Shown here: positions 54,701-64,000 of the stretch, piece after piece
Numbering within the stretch: the stretch's first letter is position 1
Layout: the number at the start of each line of letters is the position of its first letter
NCBI GenBank assembly: GCA_040437565.1
Contig: JBDOQK010000066.1
Location: 1 to 64,000, forward strand
Length of the DNA: 64,000 nucleotides
Reading direction: 5' to 3'
Source of the DNA: Albugo candida
Lineage: Eukaryota
Notes under the pieces: model-generated
Told to the model about the DNA's origin: nothing
Database searches by the model: none
Seen by the model: the letters and a program-made list of their open reading frames with translations, nothing else
Translations under genes and position numbers: made by a program

Positions 54701-56520
54701 CATTGATTATCGTGGCCAGAGTCGTCTTGAGACCAAAGCCGCTTCCCAAAGTAATGATATGGGGAGCGGGTTGTAGGTCAAGGCTTGGCCTGATCTCGAG
54801 GCTAACGGTATAGCCGAAGCGTAGCTTGAGCGAGTACTCGTACTCAACTGACCTGTGGCCTTAAGCTTGGCATACTCATACCGAAGCTTTCGTTCGTGAC
54901 GAACGTCGGCCAAAGTGGGACTTGCTCTTACAGCCATCATGCTGCTGATTCGTCGGACTAGATGCACCCAGAGGAAGGACTGGTTATCTCCCTCCTCCCT
55001 TGATTAGCCTGTGAGAAGGAGTATGCGCACGCCCTTGGTGAAACCGGTGCACCACTGGCTTGCCTCTCAAGGTGTGCCCTGTATTGGCTTTGAGTGGTCA
55101 AGTAAGGCTCCAGGTACCTCTCGCGAAGTACCTGTAGGGATGCTAAGTCTGTGGACGAAGTAGCTTTCTGGCCGATGGCACACCCCGACAACGAATGACC
55201 AACCGTTTGACGGATACGTTCTTCCACGTCGGGTGGTGTAAACACATAGTCACGATGACTTTTCGACACCGCGGAGGCCTGTGACCAGCACCGGGCGCTT
55301 CTCTTCTTGCTGAGAATCAGCTGTAGTTGCTCATCGAGCGGGTTGGTCATGTGCGCCGATGGTGCGTTGACATCGCTACGTTCGACGAACGGATTTGGTG
55401 CTTTGGCTCCGGCATGAGTCTGTTTGGCACTGCCCATTCTTCCTCATGGGCGACACTGGTCGCTACCACAGTCCACCTCCTCATCAGGCTCGCCGTAAGA
55501 AGAAAGAGGCTTAGGCTCGTAGCGTGGAGATGCCATGATGTTTGATGCTTTGTACAGCCGTGAGGTTAAGCGTACGCAACGCGACCTCTTCGACGAATGT
55601 GGTTCGATTGCCGATTTGTGGTAAAGGTGGCGGAGAGTGTAATGGGGTTACACGTCGGTTGGTAACCGTTCTGACAGTGTGGTAAACATTCGGGACGCTT
55701 TCCCAATGATATAGATATCGGAATACCTTATTATTTTGTNNNNNNNNNNNNNNNNNNNNNNNNNNNNNNNNNNNNNNNNNNNNNNNNNNNNNNNNNNNNN
55801 NNNNNNNNNNNNNNNNNNNNNNNNNNNNNNNNNNNNNNNAGGCCTGTGACCAGCACCGGGCGCTTCTCTTCTTGCTGAGAATCAGCTGTAGTTGCTCATC
55901 GAGCGGGTTGGTCATGTGCGCCGATGGTGCGTTGACATCGCTACGTTCGACGAACGGATTTGGTGCTTTGGCTCCGGCATGAGTCTGTTTGGCACTGCCC
56001 ATTCTTCCTCATGGGCGACACTGGTCGCTACCACAGTCCACCTCCTCATCAGGCTCGCCGTAAGAAGAAAGAGGCTTAGGCTCGTAGCGTGGAGATGCCA
56101 TGATGTTTGATGCTTTGTACAGCCGTGAGGTTAAGCGTACGCAACGCGACCTCTTCGACGAATGTGGTTCGATTGCCGATTTGTGGTAAAGGTGGCGGAG
56201 AGTGTAATGGGGTTACACGTCGGTTGGTAACCGTTCTGACAGTGTGGTAAACATTCGGGACGCTTTCCCAATGATATAGATATCGGAATACCTTATTATT
56301 TTGTGGTGGCGGACGAGCGTCCGCCACGGAACAAAAAGGTCTTAAAAGAAACTAATTTAGGACATTAGTGTCTAGATTAGGTACGTTTAAAATAAGGTAT
56401 TCTTTTATATATAAAAAAGGGAGCCGCTATGGCCACAGACAAAACTACTACGGCCACAGACAATTGATCTAACCAATCACAGCTCACAAAATCTAATTGT
56501 TGCTGAGTACGCCAGCCAAT
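51744..56520 (+). mobile_element. Ty3/gypsy chromovirus, decayed; RT region missing or in the gap
   Basis: Retrotransposon gag (RQGKNELSDYVQE), knuckle relic, protease LMDYGAS, integrase H2C2 (FWWPRL..CELCQR) and core, and a chromodomain relic (FHVTRIL..YLV). PPT AAAGGTGGCGGAGAG is followed by the 3' LTR TGTAATGGGG at 56203. Confidence 0.88.
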
Positions 56521-56746
56521 CAGGTCACTTGTCTACTTTTGTGTACGAGCTCATTCTGTATCTTACGCTGTTTTTGTTTTTATTGTTCTAGCATAGGTAC
56601 GTTTTTTTCCTGACATCTATATATGGGGGAAAGGTTACTAGTAGATACTCGAACGACTAGGATGTTGGAAAGGTGGCTGTTGCAATTGAGCAAAATAAAA
56701 AATCGTTTTGTTTTAAATTATTTATTTTTTGCTGATATAAATTCCA

Positions 56747-57784
56747 GGGAGCTGACATCCGGACAGCCCCTCTTGCTAACCGGACACCCCGTCCCCTCCT
56801 CACACATATTTTATATATTTTGATATAACCCCCCAAAGTCAAATATGACTTAATACCTTGTGATCTTTTGGTTTGTTTATGTGTTGAGTTCGCCGTTTAG
56901 TTTTGGTGAAGGGAGATGCGTTGACGAGAATTCCGATCGACTTATAATTTGAATAATAAAATGATATGACTGCTGAATCTATCGTTGATTTACTGATTGG
57001 TTTGAAAGCGTGTGTAATGAATGGGAAAGGTTACCATAAGAATAAGAGTGACGGATAATATTCTCCATAGCTTATACACTCCTGATTCCTACCTGCTCAT
57101 ACCTATCTACTCATTTTGATTTCAAGGCTCCCAACTGGTCCAACATTTCCGCGCGGAAGTCTTCGGGAAGGGGTGGCATCGGAGTCGGAATCGCTATCAG
57201 TTTGAATAGCCTGAAAAAACCCGGTAAGAAGAAATCATACACGAATCAATTTGGCTTACCTCAACGCCCTTTTCTTGCACTTTTACATTTTTTTTTCGCT
57301 GTTGGTAATTGTCATTGTGATGGGATTTATTAAAACAGAATATTATTTTTTGTTTTAAATTTTTTATGAGTCTGAAAAAACGGCAGATGTCAGTTAGAAA
57401 GTACCAAAGGATCTTAAGACAAACCCGCATGCATGAGTGCTGTTGACTTACAATTACGCATCGCGCACTATTTCAGACAGAACGGTCGTTCAATGACGTC
57501 ATAACGACGGACAGTCGCCCGTGGTTGAACTATTCTAATGTCGCGTGGACCACAAATCGACCATATTCCAAGAGGAAGACGTTAAGGTGGAGAAGAGGCC
57601 GTGGTCATGTAGCACATATGTGTTGTATAGGGTAAGCGGTGTTCCGTTGAGGATGTGCCACGCAATAATATGTAATCTATTTATCAGTCTAAATAAGGGG
57701 GCGGGTATTAAGATATATAAAACATATATGAGGAGAGGAATGGTGTCCGCTTAGCAAATGGGGGCGTCCGGATAGCAGCTCCCC
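56747..57784. mobile_element. Putative non-autonomous DNA transposon with ~90-bp imperfect TIRs (Mutator-like?)
   Basis: GGGAGCTGACATCCGGACAGCCCC..CCGGACACC at 56747 is inverted at 57697-57784. The flanks AAATTCCA/CAATTCTA resemble a degraded TSD. No ORF. Confidence 0.55.
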
Positions 57785-58054
57785 AATTCTATTTTTAGAA
57801 TTATATTCCAGTAATGTAAGTAGAAGAGCATGGCTCCGCGCCGGTCGCCATTGGACGTCGAGCTTTTTCTAGCTGTCATTGCGACACTTTAGTAATTAGA
57901 AAAAACACGTAGGAAGAAAGAAATATTATAAAATAATCTGTTCAAATACTTTTCGAAGGGCGTAATATGAGATCTTCCGGTTGATATGTTGCAAAATGTC
58001 ACCACGTGGGGTCGACTACGCGAAAGGTGTAGTTTTCATTTGCTGTTCGCCAGT

Positions 58055-58558
58055 TTTGGCGTACTTAGCAACAATTGAATTTTGTGAGCTGTGATTGGTT
58101 AGATCAATTGTCTGTGGCCGTACTAGTTTTGTCTGTGGCCATAGCGGCTCCCTTTTTTTATATATAAAAGAATACCTTATTCTAAACGTACCTAATCTAG
58201 ACACTAATGTCCTAAATTAGTTTCTTTGAGACCTTTTTGTTCGGTGGCTGACACTCGTCCGCCTGTTGAAGCTGATGTCCCTGAACCAGTGTGGAACACA
58301 TCAGGCTAATCAACTTTCAGCTATTGAACAATGAATTAGTTGCTGTGGGCGACTAGTAGAGAAGGCTTAGACTAGCTAGTAAAGTGAGCTAAGGACCTCC
58401 TACATTCAATATATCTTACATTCCAAATTTTATTCAAAGTGCTCAAAACAGCCCCCACAAACTAATAAGGTATTCCTATATCTATATCAGTGGGAGAGCG
58501 TCCCGAATGTGTACCACACTCTCAGAACGGTTAACAACCGACGTGTAACCCCATTACA
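58055..58558 (-). mobile_element. Gypsy LTR copy (inverted relative to the 56203 LTR) interrupted by a solo LTR
   Basis: Near-identical reverse complement of 56203-56510. Confidence 0.8.
58264..58448. mobile_element. Short solo LTR (copia-type) nested in the gypsy LTR
   Basis: 185-bp insert with TGTTGA..TCAAAA ends and a 5-bp TSD CCGCC/CAGCC; it is absent from the sister LTR copies. Confidence 0.6.
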
Positions 58559-60083
58559 GTATCCTTGTGAAGCGAACTATATAGATTCGCAACCAGAGCA
58601 ACACGCTGTGGTGGAAAGTGAGGGCATGGCAGATACCGTTCGTGCTTACTTTTGACCTTCTATGTCAGTCGAAAACGTTCGACAAAGCTTGAGTATATCT
58701 TAAGATCGATCAGCTTGAGTTGAAGAGTCTGTGTAATCGAATAAATCGTATTTTCGCTGCTTATTACTGTACCATAATGGTAAGTAGGATCACGCGTATC
58801 AGAGATTCAACTCTAGCGCTAGGTGGCTTGGACAGTATTGATATCAAGTTGGAGAAGTGCATGATCATCATTCAGCTATCGTCGGACACTTCATCTATTC
58901 TTTTACTGTTTTAGTGCTATGACATGTCGAAAGAGTGATGATATGATATGATTGTAAAAGTGATTCGGTAGTAAGAACTTTCTGATTACTCGCTTGGAGG
59001 GATACGCAACCTCGACCGATCCAAAAGTGTCTCGTTGGACAGCCTCATATCAGCGTCTTTCAGTCGCCTGAACAGCTATCCAATCAAAACCTATTCTTAC
59101 GCGCTTCGCTTCCGTATACTAAATATGCGACAATTTTTGAACCGTGCTGTCTGACTTTATATTTTTATACTTTTGTTGTCTAAGCGGGACGTTGAAACGG
59201 TGGGGAAAAAGACAAGCTGCTCATATGTCTCTGTGAGCCCACTTTTCATCTATTATGTCCCACTTGTCTATATAATAACCACAGCTCGCGGATACATTTG
59301 TCATTGTGTATACTGCACTGTCGCTTCCAGCTGTAAACCGTACGCATCTACGTCATCCATATCATCTAACACGTCAATTCGGTCTTGTACCAGTCACTAT
59401 TTTACAACCTGCTAATTTGGACAACATGAGCTTTTCTTCTCTACCTTAAGCGAGTATCGAGCCTGGATAACGTTCATCCCATGATACGATGCTTCAACTA
59501 CGTAAAACTGTGAGACACGTCCGTTTTGCTTAGCGCTTCTACCCGCTTCTTTATTACAGAAGTAGCTTGTGATTTAGCGGCCAATTTTTGGATATTCTCA
59601 TGCATTAGATACAGAAGCATTCCAAATCTACCGATAGTCGATCTTCAAACAGATTATTGAACATTCTACTACGTCTGATCTGATAAATGGTCACGACTTG
59701 ATCTTTTAATACAAGACGCGCGAGTCATCTGAGAGCTGAAGCCGATCTGTCAAATGGCAATCGGGACTTTCGTGCAAATCAACTTCAATGTTGAATTGTA
59801 TCGACTATTGCCCTCTTGAAGTCGCATGTCGTCATCTGCCCTTGCTGTCAGTTGTTCACCACATCGATAGAAGCCAAACAACACCTTTGATGCAGCAAGA
59901 AGCTCTCAGAAGCCAAATACAACTGCGTGAGTGATGGTATCTTGATCATCGTAAGCGAATGCGTATCGTGTCAACACGATCAACCAAATCAACGACGACA
60001 GTGAATGATATCAAAGGACAAACAACAACTTTATTCCAATTACAGATATACGATACTTCACATCAAATTGCCGATGCGATGAT

Positions 60084-60755
60084 TTAACAATAAAAAAAGT
60101 CACCAAATTGTCGTCCAAAGTAACATCGGGCGGGGTAGAATAGATGACCAAAACGTCGCCAGTACCAAATCGGATAGCGGTATCCATAACGGAATCCGAA
60201 TCGGGGATGACTGAAACGGAAGCGGACACGAAAAGACGGTCCAAACGTTCCTTGTTCGGAATCTAAAGCGCTGTCTTCTCGCTGAATAGCTTCCAAAGCG
60301 CTAGCTTATTCCGAGTCCACCTCTTGTGGCATAATCAAAACGTCTCTATCATTGGGGAGCAACTCAACTCCAGCAGGAACCTGTTCGGCTGACTCTTTTT
60401 CGATTTCAGACTGCTTTTGCATGGCAATATTGTTACCAATAAATGCGATAGCATTATGTTGCAATGCCTTATTTTTGATCGCCAAAGCTGAAGAATTCTT
60501 CAATATAGTTACCCCTGCTACGTTAACGTCCTCGGCCTGTTCGTTCGACTCCTTCTTTATCTGAGAATTCTTTTGAACTGCCACATTGTTTCCAATCAAT
60601 GCGATGGCGTTATGTTGCAATGCTTTAGTTTTGATTGCTAAAGCTGAAGAATTCTTCAGCAGTGTAACTCCTGCGACATTGATGTCCTCATGTTGTGCTG
60701 ATGCGATGAGGCATAGAGACGAGAGGAATTGTAGGAGGATCAGTGACTTCATCAT
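60084..60755 (-). pseudogene. Paralog of the secreted repeat and cationic-tail protein with a premature stop
   Basis: The 672-bp frame is collinear with 7112-7842. CAA to TAA at 60306-60308 removes the C-terminal peptide. Confidence 0.8.
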
Positions 60756-61583
60756 GCTAAAGTAATTGTATCTCTGATACACGAAGCAAAACCGAAAATG
60801 GCAATCGAGTTGTGAATGTGATGATTCTGGGTGAAGATATCAGATTTCCTGGAGCATTCTTGTAGGTTTCTTACTTCTTCCAGGAATATTCTATGGATAT
60901 GTAGATGTAGATAAGAGAGTTTTCGTTGAGACATGACCTACATAGCCATATTTGATTTCTGCTTGTATTAGGTGTGGAATTTTAACACCATGTAAATTTT
61001 GTAGTAAATCTTTGGTTGACAATGATATCGTCATTTCCAAAAGCGCTAGACTCAAGTCCTCGCCACATTGAATAAAAGCTAATGCGCTTGAGTAATAGTA
61101 TTTTTTTCATTGATCTCAAGCATCAGTCGAGGTGTGAATTATAATCACGTGAGGGGCTACGTGTACTATTGCTCCGAACTCTGCTATTCGGAAGCGCAAT
61201 AATATTCTGTAAACAATATCGTGAAACCTAAAACAACGACAGCGTATTTTTTGAATACAATGTTTCCGTTAATCAAATGATGGCACATACATATTGATAG
61301 CATTTCATCACGTGTCAATGTAAAATGGATTCTTGATACTTTGTACGAGCTTCCTACAATACGATTCTCTGACTGTATAAAATCCTCATCTAATGGAGCG
61401 CATATATGCAGCAAAGTGCATAGAAATGTCACTGATTCGTTGATCAAGTAAACTCACAGAGATTGTCAAGAACGTTTAAGCGTGGAAAACTAAGGCATTA
61501 TGGAACGAAGGAGCATATACTGGTGATAATGCTTCCAGAAAAAAAGTCTGATTTTCCTTCTCGTATCAAAAATTCAGACGGAG

Positions 61584-62150
61584 TTATTTCGGAACTCCAT
61601 TTCGAATCAATGTAGTCGACATGTTCGAATATCTGATCGGAACGATTGCGACAACGTAGCGAGGGGTTTGGTGCAAATAGTATTGATCTGGCTCGCCTTC
61701 CTTGAGGATAGAATGACCAGAATTGAATCCTCCTGATCTTTTCAAAGTCGCAAAGCATTCTGTCGGAACAATAGACACCGGAAAGATGTGCCCATTTTAT
61801 TGGCAACAGAATAATCGATGAAAAAACCATTATGCAAGTACATGTTTTTCCAATCTCGAAGGCTTCATCGCCAAGTTCAACATCTGTCGTATAATGCAGC
61901 CAAGAATGCCACTCTGGTGGGATCTGATCGCCGTCGAAATTGTCGAATGAATCAATATGGTACTCATAGTATCGCTCTTGACCAGCGACTTCAGTTGGAT
62001 CTTCATAGTATTTATTCCCGAGACGATCTGTGCCCACATAATATCCAAATTTCTCATCGCCCATATTATATATCTGCCAAACGGTTCCCTTCACTCCGTA
62101 TCGATTGAGTTGGGTGTACTTCCGAGCTACTGCATAGAAGTGCTGCTTTT
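61584..62150 (-). pseudogene. NDUFA12: NDUFA12-like, disrupted copy 2
   Basis: GTDRLGNKYYED..DGDQIPPEWHSWLHYTTD. The intron donor GT seen in copy 1 is AT here, and exon 2 has deletions and frameshifts. Confidence 0.75.
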
Positions 62151-64000
62151 TATCAGATGGTTATTTTCTGTAGACTTGGCCGTATTCTGCTTTGCGCACA
62201 AGGGAATAATGTCGCCATTTCAATGATTCAATCCATGCGATTGGATGATAAGTCTCCATTGGGTACACTGCCATACTACTTAAGTATTTAGAGACAGATG
62301 GAAAAATATAATGCTGTAAACACCTGACGGAATTGGATTATCATATTTCAGGACTTGCTTTCTATGCAGACTACTGCTAAATACAAGGCTTCGATGTGTC
62401 CATAAGCTGATCTGTTAATTGGTGGCTCGGATTTGAATCCAAATTCGATTCTCAATGCGCATCCTTAGGAATCGTTTTTACTTGCAATAGACGGATTCAT
62501 GTGTCAAATTAGTAGAATATTGTTTGAATCAGATTGAAAAGCCGTACTAAAGCTTTTGTATAGGTCTCTCGGCCACGATGGACAGGTAGATCAATGCGCA
62601 AGGCAAAGATCTGGACAACAGTGTGATATTCGACTTGCCAAATAATTAGAATCGGGCTACTGGAGGATATCAATCCCCCGAAGAATGCTATCAGGTTTTC
62701 GTGTTTCGTCTCTGAGTAATTGAAAAGATACAAATATGGCTGGGATGTTCTCATATTCATGCGTGCATTAAGGCACCGCTTCGGATCTATCACTGCATGT
62801 TGGAGTAGCCACAGCCCTAAAGAAAATGTATGTCATATCTCAAGGGCTACAAACACTATGATATTCTAGATGTGATTCTTAGCTTGAGAATTAGTGGCAG
62901 TATGGTGAGCAGGGCTGAGATCTGTGTGAGTGAGATCATGAAAGTCTCATGTAACCCCACCTTACCATATCTTTAGTGTACATCTACACCCTCGCCCAGT
63001 GTAATGACGCTTGTGAACCACAACAAAATGCGAAAGAAAATCGACAAAAGATCTCAGCAGCATAAGTGATAGTAAATCCTATCACCAATGCAATTCAANN
63101 NNNNNNNNNNNNNNNNNNNNNNNNNNNNNNNNNNNNNNNNNNNNNNNNNNNNNNNNNNNNNNNNNNNNNNNNNNNNNNNNNNNNNNNNNNNNNNNNNNAT
63201 GCAGACTACTGCTAAATACAAGGCTTCGATGTGTCCATAAGCTGATCTGTTAATTGGTGGCTCGGATTTGAATCCAAATTCGATTCTCAATGCGCATCCT
63301 TAGGAATCGTTTTTACTTGCAATAGACGGATTCATGTGTCAAATTAGTAGAATATTGTTTGAATCAGATTGAAAAGCCGTACTAAAGCTTTTGTATAGGT
63401 CTCTCGGCCACGATGGACAGGTAGATCAATGCGCAAGGCAAAGATCTGGACAACAGTGTGATATTCGACTTGCCAAATAATTAGAATCGGGCTACTGGAG
63501 GATATCAATCCCCCGAAGAATGCTATCAGGTTTTCGTGTTTCGTCTCTGAGTAATTGAAAAGATACAAATATGGCTGGGATGTTCTCATATTCATGCGTG
63601 CATTAAGGCACCGCTTCGGATCTATCACTGCATGTTGGAGTAGCCACAGCCCTAAAGAAAATGTATGTCATATCTCAAGGGCTACAAACACTATGATATT
63701 CTAGATGTGATTCTTAGCTTGAGAATTAGTGGCAGTATGGTGAGCAGGGCTGAGATCTGTGTGAGTGAGATCATGAAAGTCTCATGTAACCCCACCTTAC
63801 CATATCTTTAGTGTACATCTACACCCTCGCCCAGTGTAATGACGCTTGTGAACCACAACAAAATGCGAAAGAAAATCGACAAAAGATCTCAGCAGCATAA
63901 GTGATAGTAAATCCTATCACCAATGCAATTCAAAATCATTTCAATCCATTAAACCTCCGAAACGGAAGATACTTTAGCGGAGTTCTTTAGAGTGACTATT

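Larger units (their letters stand above)
58570..63780. repeat. Right arm of the inverted segmental duplication
   Basis: Reverse-complement homology to 4170-9440. Confidence 0.9.

Noticed and set aside
62300-62800. Kinase-like fragments (KHENLIAFFG, LRIEFGF) on the minus strand
   Set aside because: The similarity is too weak to call, and no catalytic motifs are recognisable.
9265-63933. Eight perfect direct duplications (offsets 2319, 1233, 925, 847, 403, 799, 565 and 835 bp)
   Set aside because: Each flanks an exactly 100-N gap and looks identical; these are unmerged contig overlaps, not tandem duplications.

Overview
Eukaryotic draft-assembly window with many 100-N scaffold gaps. It is most likely an oomycete, and the short ~50-80 bp introns, compact genes and LTR families look Albugo-like (inference). 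The gene-dense core (17-34 kb) encodes NAC-alpha, 14-3-3, a CDK11/CDK10-like kinase, a disrupted secreted protein, a PH-PGAM5-like phosphatase, an HSF, WBP11, a CaMK and a BTB-ANK-FYVE protein. The right half is dominated by two decayed Ty1/copia elements and a Ty3/gypsy chromovirus with nested LTR and TIR elements. The core is bracketed by a diverged inverted segmental duplication: about 4.2-16 kb is mirrored at about 48.9-63.8 kb, and CDK and PGAM pieces are mirrored at 40.7-42.8 kb. Both NDUFA12-like copies and a tandem multi-unit kinesin-1 relic in this duplication are broken. A secreted prepropeptide-like gene (signal peptide, two ~53-aa Asn/Ala/Ile repeats, acidic spacer, 55-aa Arg/aromatic C-terminal peptide) looks intact in the left arm and has a nonsense codon in the right arm. 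Eight exact direct duplications flanking N-gaps are assembly artefacts. All calls come from reading the sequence by eye; no searches were run.
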